Assembly: GCF_004010195.1 (NCBI RefSeq)
Contig: NC_057751.1
Coordinates: 12,820,014 to 12,882,013 of the forward strand
Source: Chiloscyllium plagiosum
Taxonomy: Eukaryota
DNA: 62,000 nucleotides
Reading direction: 5' to 3'
Of the stretch, positions 38,560 through 51,466 are shown in pieces. Both the position numbers and the translations under genes were made by a program. The notes under the pieces are model-generated. The model made no database searches, was not told the DNA's origin, and saw nothing but the letters and a program-made list of their open reading frames with translations. How positions within the stretch are numbered: the stretch's first letter is position 1; the number at the start of each line of letters is the position of its first letter.

Positions 38560-40195
38560 CCAAGCAGAATTCACATCTCTACTGATCCTGCAGCAGTCCA
38601 GGCCCAAATAAACAAGACTGTCATTCCCACAATATCCAAGTTTGGGCTGGCAAGTGGCAAGTGACGTTTGTGCCACACAAGTGGCATGATGACCAAGAGA
38701 GAATCTTACCATCATCCCTTGACATTTAATGACATTAAATCACTGAATCCCCTATGATCAACATCCTGGGGTTACCATTGACAAGAAACTGAACTGGACC
38801 AACCATGTAAATACTGAGATTACAAGAGTAGGTCAGAGGCTAGGAATCCTATTGTGAGTCACTCATCTCATCATTCCCCAAAGCCTGTCCACCATCTACA
38901 AGGTGCAAGTCAGGAGTCTGATGGATGGGTGCAGCTCCAACCACATTCAAGAAGCTTGACGCCATCAACGACAAAGTATCTCATTTGATTGGCATCACAT
39001 CCACAAACATTCACTCCAATCATCACCAACATTCAGTAGCAACAATATGTACCATTCACAAGTTTACACGGCAGAAATTTACTTTTTTTTGTCCTTCCAC
39101 ACCCATGACCACTCCCGCTCCAAGGAAAAGGGTAGCGGATTGTGGTCAAGTGATCACAGGCCCAAAATTGGATATTCTAAATTGACCCATAGCCGGAGAA
39201 ATTAAGCATGACAGAAAATTGACCAAATTAAATTAAACAGCAATCAGCAGCTATTGGCTACAGAAAACAATGGAAACAAAGATCAAAGAGATTACAAAAG
39301 TTCAAGGAGAACCAGATACAGCCAGCCATGGGGCTGTATATTGGAGAAGTGTTGATCAGGCATCTTGACTCTCTGAGTATGTGCACTTTACACCTTCCTG
39401 GCTTGGAAACAGTGAAGGGCCTCGGCATAACCCTATTGGATGATTTGAATCTAGCTCATGACCTGATTGGCCAAGGCTACAGATTGTTCTGGAAGAGATA
39501 AGAACACACACCTGGATGTCACCCCGTCAGTGACGATGCTGTCTTAGTGAAGACTCAGCAAAGATTCTCAGGGAAGACTTGCAGCAAGGTTTTTGGCTGA
39601 AAACCATGCAACAATCCAAGAAGACCCAGGATAAGATCCACCCTGACTCCTGCAATACCCATCTTTGTGGAAGAGGGCCAGTTGAAGAGAAAGGAGATTC
39701 TAATGGCCCAACTCAAACATGTGGATTGTTGCAGGTAATATCCTTTCTCACAGAGATAGAGCTAGATGGAGAGTAAATATTTTGGGAATTTGGGAAATGC
39801 TGGTGTGTTTTCAGAAGGAATGTTTTGTTAATAAAATCAGATTGAATTACAAACCAAATCTGTGTCTCTTTGTCTGCCTCACTGAGCACTTAAGGCATAA
39901 ACTGGTCGAAGTGATCAAAACGTTGCCAACATGATTCATGGGAATACCACTACCTGTAAATTACCCTCCTAGGCATTCACCATCCTGACTTGGAAATATA
40001 TCACCATTCCCTTCGTGTCGCTGGGTCAATTTCCTGGAACTTCCTCCCTAACAGCATTATGGATGTACCTGCAAAAATGCATTGCAGCGATTCAAGGAGG
40101 CAGCTCACTGTCACTTCTCAAGGGCAATCAGTGATGGACAATAAATGCTGGCCCAGACAGTGATGCCCACATCAAATCAATGAATTTTAAAAAAG
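38560..40195 (+). mobile_element. CR1/L2-group LINE 3' portion, split by a solo LTR at 39141-39931
   Basis: Reads as WAGKWQVTFVPHK, INILGVTID.KLNWTNHV, LSTIYKVQVRS and AAPTTFKKLDAI; the tail resumes at 39936 and ends GGACAATAAATGCTGGCC...ATGAATTTTAAAAAA. Confidence 0.85.
39141..39931 (+). mobile_element. Solo LTR (791 bp) inserted in a LINE
   Basis: Begins TGTGG and ends CCAACA. Flanks are GGAT (39137-39140) and TGAT (39932-39935), an imperfect 4-bp duplication. AATAAA near 39830; the LINE sequence is contiguous when the insert is removed. Confidence 0.75.
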
Positions 40196-40230
40196 CTGCA
40201 TGGCTCATGTTATTTGCAGACATTGCATCT

Positions 40231-40234
<4 letters not shown>

Positions 40235-40285
<51 letters not shown>

Positions 40286-40290
40286 TACAC
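40235..40290. repeat. (CT)n(CA)n compound microsatellite
   Basis: Direct read. Confidence 0.95.
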
Positions 40291-41079
40291 TCTTTCTTCT
40301 TTCCACTTATCTTTGTGTTGCTGCTGGAACAGATGATTTTACTTTACTGGCCTGACAAATCTGAGGGATATATATTTCTATTAGACCATATCCTGAATGT
40401 GCCTGAGGGAAAGCATGGCTGGAAAACTATGACTCTCATGGGAATTAGTTTCATTTTCAAAACAAGAGCATTAAATTTGTAACTTCAAGCTCAGTAAGGA
40501 CAATTAGTTTTCAAAGGCATAGAACATCTGTTGAATGGCTGTACTATGACAGCGTCTTATTCATGTGCTATAGTGGGCGATTAATTTTAATGGTGTTTTT
40601 ATATATTGGCCATTTCTTTGTCTCACTAAGATGAGTGATCTCAGTGGCTAACGGAGTGATTTGCTGTGCTATGAGTAGGTTAACGTTAATAAGGGATAGA
40701 TGAACCACAATGCAGGTGAGATGCAAAGGAAGATTACTCCTTCTCATACAGCAGTTGCTCAAAACTGACAATTCTATAGTTGGATGCTCATTTACCAGAA
40801 ACTGTCTTCATTAAAGATTGAGCTTGGGATTTTGTGAGTGAATTGGGCAGAGGATCACAGAATGAACTCAGGAGACTACATTATTAATCTTGCACCCAAA
40901 TCGATGATGTCCAGACTTCACTGTTGCATTTGCTTGCAGATCATATCATATTTAACTGCCTCTTGGTCTTACCAACTCTTAGGGTGAGCTACAAAATCGA
41001 GACTGTCAGTTAGGAAATAAACAATGTAAGCAAAGATCATGTGTTGAACTATCAGCCATAAATCAGTAATAATACTGTC

Positions 41080-41555
41080 TCCTCTCATTGAGAAGCTTGT
41101 GAGTTCAAAGCCCACTCCATCATAACTGCCAATTCTAGGCTGTCAGCCATTAGGTGAATGAGAAAGCTAATGTTTACACTGAGTCCTCAGTAAAGAGGCA
41201 GGGCTGTCTTGCTGGAAGTTCTTTATTTTAGCAGAAACATAAAATTGGGTTCTCTCTGCCTTTTGAGCTGGATGTAAAAGGCTCTCTAGCACTGTAGAAA
41301 GAAGGGTAAGGGAGTTCTCCCAAACATCTTGACAATATTCATTCCTCAACCAACTCAATCAAAAATCAACAATAAGCTGTTAACTGGTTATGATTGCATT
41401 GTTGTTTGTGCAAGCTTGCTGTGTAAATTCAAATGCATTTATTGCATTAACTGCATTTTACTACATTGCAACAGTGACTACTCTTCAAGAATGCTTTATC
41501 GGTTGTAAGGTGCTAAGGGGCAAATTTAATATCTGTAAAAGATAAAAGCAAAGTC
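41080..41555 (+). mobile_element. Deu-domain SINE
   Basis: GAGTTCAAAGCCC B-box; GGGAGTTCTCCC...CAATATTCATTCCTCAACCAAC...GCTTGCTGTG...CTACATTGCAACAGTGACTAC. Confidence 0.72.
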
Positions 41556-42179
41556 TTATTTTTTATTTATATAAAGCCAATATTTGTCCTCCTTTCTGAC
41601 AGTTTTTTCCATACTGCAGATGTTTATTGACATTGGATTGTCCTAATTTGGGAACTTCAATATTAAGAAAAGCAAATATTTAAAAGTTTCAGCTCTTTAT
41701 GCAAAAGCCAAAAGTTTTAAGACTCACACCAATACATTTTGTAGTGCACATTTTAATGTGCACTGATAGTCAAGCTGAATGCAACTGAAATGGAAAATAA
41801 GATCAAAGTCTATTAAAAGCATTCTGCTCACTCTGTTTGCTGTAGAACATTCAGATGATAGAGTCTGCGTGATATTCACTGCTATTCTTATGTTGATAAA
41901 CAGAACTGTTGTCCCATAATTAGTAGCAGTAGAGATGACAGGAATGGTATTGCCATCAAGCTGCAACTCCATTCTGGTGACACCATTCCTTCTGGGACTC
42001 TGGTATTGAATCCACTGTCACTCTTTCTGGGTATGGTCCCACTGCTAGTTATTTGTTTGTTTGACTAATTTTAAACATGGATTAACTCTTTCCACCGCTG
42101 AAGCAGAGTGCTATGATGTACACTTTGCAAGATTCACCAAATCTCTTTATATAGCACCTTCCCAACTCACAACCACTAA

Positions 42180-42557
42180 ATATAAAATTATGAAGGGAAT
42201 AGATAATGTAAAAGCAGGGAGGGTGTTTCCATTGGTGGGTGAAACAAGAACTGGGGGGCATAGCCTCAAAATAAGGGGGAGCAGATTTAGGACTGAGCTG
42301 AGGAGGAACTTGTTCACCCAACGAGTTGTGAATCTGTGGCATTCCCTGCCCAGTGAAGCATTTGAAGCTTCCTTGTTGCATGTTTTTAGGGCAAAGATAT
42401 ACAGATGTTTAAACAGTAAAGGAATGAAAGTGTTATGGTGAGTGGGCAGGTAAGTGGAGCTGAGTCCATGAAAAGATCAACCATGATCTTATTAAATGAC
42501 AGAGCAGGCTTCATGGACCAGATGTCCTACTCTTGCTCCCAGTTCTTATGTCCTTAT
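42180..42557 (+). mobile_element. CR1 3' fragment
   Basis: YKIMKGIDNV.AGRVFPLVGETRTGGHSLKIRGSRFRTELRRNLFTQRVVNLWHSLP. Confidence 0.92.
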
Positions 42558-42812
42558 CTAGAAGGACTAGGGTAGCTGTGACATCACCAACTGCAAGATT
42601 TACACACCCCTCCTCATGCCTTGAAGACATGACTTCAAACTTGATCACCGTTTCTTCACTGTCACTGAGTCAAAATCCTGGATCTCCCTTCCCAACAACT
42701 GCCCCTCCCCAAAATTCTGCAGCAGTCCACAAAGGCAGCTTATCACCACCTTCTCTGGCGTAGTAAGGGATGGGCAATAAATGCTGGCCCACATGAATGA
42801 ATAAAATAAAAA
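42558..42812 (+). mobile_element. 3' tail of the 38560-40195 LINE family
   Basis: CTGAGTCAAAATCCTGG...AAGGCAGCTTATCACCACCTTCTC...GGGATGGGCAATAAATGCTGGCC. Confidence 0.75.
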
Positions 42813-44539
42813 AGCAGCTGGAGTGGATTCAATCACAAATTAACAATTTGCAAAAACGTATTTATCCAGAATTCATTTATGTATTAACACTCATTTTTCA
42901 GTCATAATGAATGCACATTTTTAATTCACAATGTGTCATGGCAATTTTCTCTTAACTCTCCCATTCCTTCAGGTAAAATAGTAAATTGTAATGTGATATT
43001 TTACACACTATGCAGCACCTTAAAAAATGCTTATTCCTGTAATTGACTATGAACTCTTTTTGAAATGTCATTTTTATCCTGATGGTTCTAAATCACACAC
43101 ATGGGCACTGTTGATATATTTTGCATTGTTCACTGTATTTGTTGCGAATCATCAGAAAGCTAGCTCCACAGTTGAATCATTCTAATAATTCCCCCCCCCA
43201 AACTATCTTTTATTTATGAAATCTGTAAAATTACATTGCAAAATATTTCATACTGGACTTTATGGGAAGTGCAATCATATTCAACTATTCTCCATAGAGC
43301 ATGTTACACTGTGAGTTGCCTCAATACAATTGCAATATTTGGCTATTTACTATATACATTGATGGTCAAACTTGCAGCCTGAGGGGTTCCAGAAAATTAC
43401 AAGTCCCTTGATGCACTATGGCTGAAAAGCAAGTGAATTGCATCTACTTCATTCAGTTCAAGCAGCAGGTTCTGCTGAACAGGTTATGACCTGAAGCTTT
43501 CAGAATCATGCAGTCAGTCAGCAGCAAGTCTTCACACACTGGTTTCCCGAAGCTAACACCATTATTGAGCGGCTTCTTTTGAAAAGCAAGACAGATATCA
43601 GGGCATTCAGGCCTTCACCTCAACTCCAGTTAAGAAGAATGCATCAAAGTCAGGAATATTGCAACAATTACTCGTTACGAATTGGTCAATCAAGGAAATC
43701 AAAACACATTTTTTGAGATGATAAAAAAAAACCTGATTACAATTAATAGTCTACAAATCAAATTGCAGAAGAAGCATTCATACTCTCCCAGTGGGGGAGT
43801 TGCTGTGCTGGAGGGATGGGCTATGATGTGCTTTCATTTTCCCTTAGTCCTTGTTTTCATTTTATATGACTGACAGGTGCTGGTCAAATAGTGGAATTAA
43901 AGGGCATGGATTCAATCAGTACCAAGTGAACTGCTTCAAACCATTCTATTTTTTAGAAAGAGGAGTACTTTGGGGAAGAAAGAGAATTCATTCTCTTCTG
44001 CTTCAGGGAAATTAATAAGGTTCAAATAGATCTCAGTGTTTTCATAGTGGCTGTTGATAGAGAGAGTCTTATAGTCTGTGTGAGGGAATAAGTGCCTTGT
44101 TATTGTCAGAGTTGTGTGAGAAAAGGGATAAGGGCACAGTGAGACCATAGTTAATTGATAAAAGAATGAGAAATTGCAGCTGTGGGACCTTGCCGAGTTG
44201 ATTCGCTCTGTCAGAAAATTAAAGAAAAATTTCTTTATTATTTCTACAGTTTCTCCTTGATTGCAGAAATATTTCCAGCTGCCATGTACTGGATCATGGG
44301 GACCGAGATTAATGAAACTCTGGCTCCCCTAAGTGTCTTCCAGTTTTGTACTTCTTAATTTCTCTATCCATGCAGAGATTTTTCTGCAGCATTCATTTGA
44401 TTAAAAAAGGTTATTGTTCGTCTTTAGTTTAATGGGAGTGCTGTGTGTGGAAGTAGTTGGAGTTAGCACATGATTTTCAGTCAAGGGCCATATTTGCATC
44501 CCAGGTCACAGTTCATCATGGCTCTGTTACATCAAAATA

Positions 44540-44880
44540 ATATCTTTCCTGCATTTTGAGGGTTCAATACCCATTCCAGAGATTTGAGCATGTAATGCCA
44601 CCTAACACTTCAGTGCACAACTGAGGGAGTGCTGTAGTGTACAAGATGCTGGCTTTTTAGAATGATTTGTTAAACTGAAGTTTAGTTGGCAGACTGCCTC
44701 TTGATGCCTCGAATGATCTTCTAACACAATTTTTGAGCAAGAGCAGAGAAACTCCACTGTTGTTCTGGCCAAGGTTTGCTTTTGACTTCTATTTGATTTT
44801 GCATAATTTATTTCTTTGCTGCTTTGTGCGACTTTATCAAGTACAAATTTGTGGCTTAAATCCCATGCTGCCTCAACACT
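44540..44880 (+). mobile_element. Deu-domain SINE, decayed
   Basis: GGGTTCAATACCC B-box; CAGTGCACAACTGAGGGAGTGCTG; GAGCAGAGAAACTCCACTGTGTTCTGGCCAA. Confidence 0.6.
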
Positions 44881-45720
44881 TTGTGTGAAAGTTTTATTTT
44901 CTATTTGTTCTCTTTATTCCTCTCATGATAATGCTCCTTTTGCTTCTAGCTGTGGATTTGTATCCTAGTTTACAATCGCTCTGGGATTGTTCTGATCGAT
45001 CAAAAGACAGTGTTTCCTGCATTTCATTGCACAATGGAACCTGGATATCTGTTTGGTCCTGCTGCATCCAAAAGCCTCTTCATGTGCAGGATGTTCAGCA
45101 TCCACTGCAGCTTGCTGCTGTATCTGGGCTTGTTGGTGAACCTGGTCCTCTTCCATTTCTCTGCATGTCTACTGCATTTTGGCTGAACCTGTCAGTCATG
45201 TTCTCTGTGCACCAATATGAGATCACAAAGACCAGAGTAGGTTGTTTGCAATGTGCATAGTCATCCTTCACACATTGATGGATTGACATGCTGCTCTATA
45301 CAGTAGGGCATGGAACCTTCTGGTAAGGAGGGTCATGGAATGACTTAGCATGAAGCTTTGACATTGTGCCTAATTCTGATGAAACCATCAGTCATTTTGC
45401 AGAGAAATAAGAGAGTATTGCAATTGCTACATGAGCACTAAAGCCTTCTCCACCAAGCCTCACATCAACTGCAGAAGGCATCATTGCACATAAGAGCTTC
45501 TTGTGTTATATTTACAGATCAAGTTGAGAGGGAATCACCTCCAGGTCCCCATGCAGCCTGTGAGGTCATGCTGTCACTTAACAGTTGTTACAAGTAGAAT
45601 TGAGCCTTGGAAAGGGAGCAGTGGATGTCACCAATGTGGCACCAAGTGTTCAAGTTAATCATTTATCTTTGAGCCTTAGGTAATGTTCTTGTTTCTGAGT
45701 CAAAACAGTGGGCATGGTGA

Positions 45721-46071
45721 GAGGGGCACAGTGGCTCAGTGGTTGGCACTACTGCATTACAGGACCCAGGTTCAATTCCACCCTTGGGTGACTGTCTGTG
45801 TGGAGTTTGTACGTTCTCCCTGTGTTCGCGTAGGTTTCCTTTCAGTACTCTGGTTTCTTCCCACAGTCTATAGATGTGCAGATTAGGTGGATTGGCCATG
45901 CTAAATTGCCCACACTGTCCAGGATTGCACAGCTTAGGTGGGTTAGCCTTGCAGAAAGCAGTGTTACAGAAATAAGATAGGGGAGGTGAATCTCGGTGGG
46001 ATGTTCTTCAGAGGGTTGGTGTGGACTTGATGGGCTGAAAGGCCTGCTTCCACATGGTGGTGAATCTATGA
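45721..46071 (+). mobile_element. HE1-type SINE
   Basis: Head, GGTTCAATTCC B-box, V-domain and GTGTGGACTTGATGGGCTGAAAGGCCTG tail. Confidence 0.9.
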
Positions 46072-46769
46072 AAATATTTGTCTTTTGTATGTTCATGTCT
46101 TAAAATTTCACTCTCGTTTGGAGATTTGTTATCTTGCAGATGAGGCATTGAACTGAGGCCATGATCTGGATCTACATTGAAATCTCAGTGCAGTGATGAA
46201 GACACATGGTGTTCTCAGGTCATGTCTTGTCTATTTGACAATAGGCTCTAATTTTCAAGGAATTAACAGTCATTTCAGGATATACTTTGGGGGCAAATGT
46301 AAAATGGTGCTTATTGACAGCAGCTTGAGCTTTCAGTGTGTTCAATGTGAATAATGAAACAAGGTGGTTTGTTTTGTCAGTGGTTGCAGGATGTGTTGCT
46401 ATGGTACCGTTGATGTTTCTTTTCAACCAGATGCTTTGTTGCTTTCAGCCAATGTTCTGTCAGTTAGCCCATGTGATCCCTAATTCTGTTCAAGCCATTG
46501 TAAACAGAGTAGAATCTGAAAGTGATTGGAGAGGCACAATGTGAAACCACAATGGGTGATGCTCTGGACAGTCTGTACACAGTATGGGAGCAAGGTGAAA
46601 CCCACCTAACAAGGTCAGCTGTTCCCATCCAAATGGTGCTATAAATGTTATGAACTTATGAGTAGCACTGCATGCTTTAGTGTTCAGAAAAGGTTTGAAA
46701 AGGTACGTTGTGCCATCACAGATCAATAGATCAATGTTTAGATTCACAATAGAATTATAAACGATTGTT

Positions 46770-47392
46770 TAGAGTCATAGAGTCACACAGCATGGAAACA
46801 TCGGTCCAACCAGTCCATTCTGAACATAATTCCAAACTAAACTAGTCCCCCTGCTTGCTCCTGGCCCATATCCCTCCAAACCTTTCCTATTCATGTACTT
46901 ATCTAAGTCTCTTTTAAATGTTGTAACTGTGCCTGCATCCATTACTTCCACAGGAAATGAACTACTCTCGGTGTTAAAAAAAACCTCATATCTTTTTTTT
47001 TAAGTTTCTCTTCTCTCACTTGAAAAATATGCCCCCTCGGCTTGAAATCCTCCATTCAACAGAAAAGACTTACCATTAACCCTATCTGTATCACTCATGA
47101 TTTTATAAACCCCTATAAGGTCACCGCTCAACCTTCTACGCTGTGGGGAAAAATGTTCCAGCCAATCCAACCTCTACAATTAATTGTATAAGTCATGCCC
47201 CGTTTATTGTACCAAAATGCAATACATTGCATTTATCCAAGTTGAACTCCATCTGCCATTTTTTAGCCCATTGACCCTTTTTGATCAAGATCTCTTTTTA
47301 TCTTAGAAACCCTTCTTCATTATCTACAATGCCACCAATTTTAGTGTCATCCACAAACTTACTAACCATGCCTTTTGCATTCTCATTCAAAC
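46770..47392 (-). mobile_element. CR1 fragments (tail plus RT piece)
   Basis: TAGAGTCATAGAGTC tail; CCACCAATTTTAGTGTCATCCACAAACTTACTAACC is the reverse complement of VSKFVDDTKIGG. Confidence 0.88.
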
Positions 47393-47668
47393 ATGTGGAG
47401 TTTGCACATTCTCCCTGTGTCTGTGTGGGTTTCCTTTGGGTGCTCCGGTTTCCTCTCACAGTCCACAGTCCAATCATTCCATTATTGCCACTGGGTCAAA
47501 ATCCTGAAACTACTTTCCAAACAGAACTGTGCATGTTCTGACAATCCAAAGCTGCAGTGATTCAAGAAGTAGTTCACCATGACCTTCTCTAGGGCGCTTG
47601 GGATGGAGATTAAATTCTAACATCACCGTTGATGCCACATTCCATAACCAAGTGATTAAAAAAAAATT
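47393..47668 (+). mobile_element. HE1 V-domain fragment fused to a LINE-tail fragment
   Basis: TGTGGAGTTTGCACATTCTCCCTGTGTCTGTGTGGGTTTCC, then CTGGGTCAAAATCCTG...TTCAAGAAGTAGTTCACC. Confidence 0.7.
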
Positions 47669-48312
47669 GTGTGATACTGGACAAGAAGGAGAGTTCCTGT
47701 AGTACAGTGGTAGCCTCTGAGCCAGGAGACCTGGGTTCAAGAATCATTTGCTCCAGAGATGTGTAATAACAAGTCTGAACAGACTGATCAGAAATTATGT
47801 ATCATACGGAATTAAGTCATTCAGTCCTTTCTTCCATGGCTCTTTAGTGGAACAACTCAACTTGTCCAATTACCTGTGTTCTTTCCCTGTTGTCCTGCGA
47901 ATGTTAACTCTGTCAGGTTTATATATATGTGTGTTTGTACATGTGGAATATTCACATTCTTTTGAATCACTCCACATCTCTCTTTCAGCCAGTGCATTTC
48001 AGATCATGTCACTGCAAAAAAATCCTCATGCTGTCCCTGGTTTCTTTGTAAAACTAGATTCTGTGCTTACTGGCACTATGCCTAGTGTTTCTCTTTAATT
48101 AGCTATCTTCATTGTTCACAACATTGAATAACTCAGCTATGTTTCCTCTTACATTTCTTTGCTCTCAGGAGAACATTGTCAGCTTCTCCTACTGTCCAAG
48201 TAACTCAAGTTCCTCATCCTTGGTACTATTCTAGTGAATCTTTCCTCAGCCCTCTCTGAGCTGTTGATATCTTTATAAAATATCCTGCTTATAATCAAAT
48301 AATGCAACATGT

Positions 48313-48600
48313 GGGCGGCACGGTGGCACAGTGGTTAGCACTGCTGCCTCACAGCGCCAGAGACCCGGGTTCAATTCCTGCCTCAGGCGACTGACTGTGT
48401 GGAGTTTGCACATTCTCCCCTCCGGTTTCCTCTCAGAGTCCAAAAGATGTGCAGGTCAGGTGAATTGGCCGTGCTAAATTGCCCGTAATGTTAGGTAAGG
48501 GGTAAATGTACGGGTATGGGTGGGTTACGCTTCGGCGGGTCGGTGTGGACTTGTTGGGCCGAAGGGCCTGTTTCCACACTGTAAGTAATCTAATCTAATC
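48313..48600 (+). mobile_element. HE1-type SINE, young (CpG-retaining)
   Basis: GGGCGGCACGGTGGCACAGTGGTTAGCACTGCTGCCTCACAGCGCCAGAGACCCGGGTTCAATTCC with A and B boxes, V-domain and (AATCT)n tail. Confidence 0.95.
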
Positions 48601-49449
48601 ATGAAATATAATTTATCTATGGAATGTTCAGAAGACCTAGCCAGTACTTTTGAAGTATTCAACTTAAATGTTCTGTCCTTTTTACCTGAATAAAACCAGC
48701 AAGATCCCTTTACAGCTTCATCAAAGACTTGCGTACTAAGATAACCCATACAAGATTTATGAGGAATCACTCATTAATCTCTGTGTGGAGCTCACTGAAA
48801 ACTCAGGGATGCGTCTGCTAGGAATGTCTGTCCCAGGCTGGGACTAGCCCAGAAACAGCACAAGTTCTGTTTCAGTGTTCCACGATAAATGATATTCCTT
48901 TTCAGTCAGACTTCATGTACCATATACAAATATATAGGTCTCTCTTTTACAAGGCCCCTTTTACAATTCTACTGTTTAGTTCATACACACTATGGGCTAG
49001 GATCACAGGTAGGCCAGTCAAGAAGGTCTGGGTTGATCTGATTACTCCACATTCTTGCCTATGCCCAATTACTTGGTTATCAAGAATCAATTGACCCTAG
49101 CTTTTAAAATATTTATATTATTTTTTCTCAATTTTCCAACCAAAGTGGTACAATTACACATGTTTTTGTGTGTTAAATTCCATCTGCTGGGTGTGCCTAG
49201 CCTCTCTATGCCCTCCTCATTGTTCCTTGGTTTGCGACAAAAAATCTGCAATCCAGTATATCTTGCCATATCAGATTGTATATTGACCTGTTGCGGTAAT
49301 GGGCACACAGCTGTACCTGAAAACTGGTTTCAACCATGAACGCTTATTTTGTCTGGAGTGTGAAAGACCAGTGAGCAAAAATATGCAAAATATAACAGGA
49401 ATTTGACTTTCTGGATCGGGAATTTCACAGCAAAGACAGCAAATAGAAA

Positions 49450-49575
49450 TTCTGAAGGGTCCCAACTCAAAATGTCAATTTTCCTGGTCCTCCGATGCTG
49501 CCCGACCTGCTGTACCTTTCCAGCTTCATGTTTTATTGACTCTGACTTTCAGCATCGACAGTCCCCACTATCTCC
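49450..49575 (+). mobile_element. Penelope terminal repeat fragment
   Basis: CTGAAGGGTCCCAACTCAAAATGTCAATTTTCCTGGTCCTCCGATGCTGCCCGACCTGCTG. Confidence 0.7.
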
Positions 49576-50992
49576 ATGTCGGAAATTCATTTTGATTTGT
49601 TCTTACTCGGCTCCTGGAATTCCACTGGAAACTGTGTTGGAAACCCCACCTCGGCAATAGCTTAGGCTCTGACTGAAACAATAATCATGAAGATGTTAAC
49701 AAACCACTAAATTTGGGGACACCCTTCAAGCTAACCATGTCTGTTTTGTGCCTAATCAAAGAGGTCAGGGATGGTCAAGAGGCTGGAATTGATCGAGAAC
49801 ACAGATTGTGAAAGTTTACAGAACTGGACAGGAATAAAAGATAAGCAACAAGACCATGGAGGATTGGAACAGAATGACAAGCATTTTACGTTGGACACTG
49901 GAGATTGGTTCTGACGTTCTCTATTTTTATTTGAACTGGCAGGGGTGTGTATCACCTGTCACTTTGATATCACATTTGGAGCATAAGTTTATCACTTTGT
50001 GAAAAGGATTCCCTTTCATCTCACAGACCACAGTGAGTAGAAAGCTCTGCTGAGGTGTCCTGACAGCAGTTCAGCCTCTTCCCTTCTTTATAGCAGAAAT
50101 AATTACAGTCTGCAGAGCGCCTGGGGAAATACAATTTCAATCTTCATTGCTTCTTCACAGTGCTAACAAGATGTGTTTATTCATTTGATTGTTTCTCAAT
50201 ATCAATGTCTCCTTGAGGAGCTTTCCTTATCTGTCTGGTTTCTGCTTTCCTTCAAAGTGGAGGTTTGCTGTGAAAAATCCATTATGCTTGAACATCCTCT
50301 GGGAAAAGTATTTTTTAATTGATTGCAGAAAGTGTTCCCAACAGCATATTTGGAATTCTATAGATGAATGTATCTCCACTCTCATCAGTTTATGGTTCAG
50401 CATTGGTCCACTCACATAGATTCTTACCACTCTTGCTTGAGGCATTTTCTTCATAGCAGAATCTGATTTGACTTTATTTTTGCCTGAAGCATATATTACT
50501 TGCTTCCTTGTAGTCTTTCCAATTTTCCTGCACCTCCAGCCAATATCAAGAAATCTTGCCAGAACCTAGAAGTCCCAAGAAGAAAGGTTCCTTTCAACGA
50601 TTTCACAGGACAGTTTACAATATTGATCAGTGGCTTGATATCATCTAGCAGGGTCTGGCTAGGATGCCTGAGACCAAATGAATTCAGGAACAGGTCATGG
50701 TTTTGTTTTTCTGTCATTCGCCGTCACTAAATCACCAGTGTTTACCAATTGATCAAGTTGCATGCCTGGCAAGAGCAATGCAGACTGCCATCAAGTCATG
50801 GTTATACATCAATGAAGGGCTGAGGACTGGCTGTGTTAATATCATGGGGCACAAGCAAGCAGTGGGTTAGAAATATTGAATTCGTAAACTGAACCAGAAC
50901 TCTTTGAAAGGAAAAGTTGTGACTCTACTAACCAGCTGTTTAATACCAGTGTTCAAAAGGTTTAAGCTAAACAAAAAAACCCCTCTACTTCC

Positions 50993-51292
50993 TCATAGAA
51001 TCCTGACAGTGTGGAAACAGGCCATTCAGCCCATCAAGTCTACACTGATCCTGTGAAGAGCATCCCACCCATACCTACCTCCCTCATGGCCAGTTCACCT
51101 AACATATTTATCCTTGGACACTATGTACAATTTAGCATCTTTGGACTGTGGGAGGAAACCAGAGCACCCAGATGAAATCCATGCAGACATGGGGAGAATG
51201 TGCAAACTCCACACACAGTGCCCAGGCTGGTAGCGAGCCCAGGTCCCTGGTGCTGAGAGGCAGCAGTGCTAACCACTGAGCCATCGTGCTGC
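50993..51292 (-). mobile_element. HE1-type SINE
   Basis: Reverse-complement head, V-domain and tail. Confidence 0.9.
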
Positions 51293-51466
51293 ACTAAGAG
51301 TTACTAACCACAAGAAGAATGGATAAACAAATTGAATTGTTGATTTTAGAAAGGGAAAAGGACAGTCCATGTTTCTGTTCTGAGTCTCCTGCAAAGATCC
51401 ATAGTAGGTAAAGGAGCAAGATGGGAATGTATTTGCTTGCATTTAAAGAAAAACTCTTTATCAATG

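Noticed and set aside
44925..45289. Gln/Ala-rich minus ORF (MEEDQVHQQAQIQQQAA...) as an exon or transposase remnant
   Set aside because: No diagnostic motif; cannot be assigned without a database search.
48313..48385. tRNA gene
   Set aside because: The A and B boxes belong to the tRNA-derived head of an HE1 SINE, followed by the V-domain and LINE-like tail.
49233..49974. Possible second solo LTR (TG...CA bounded)
   Set aside because: No matching TSD and the boundaries are arbitrary.
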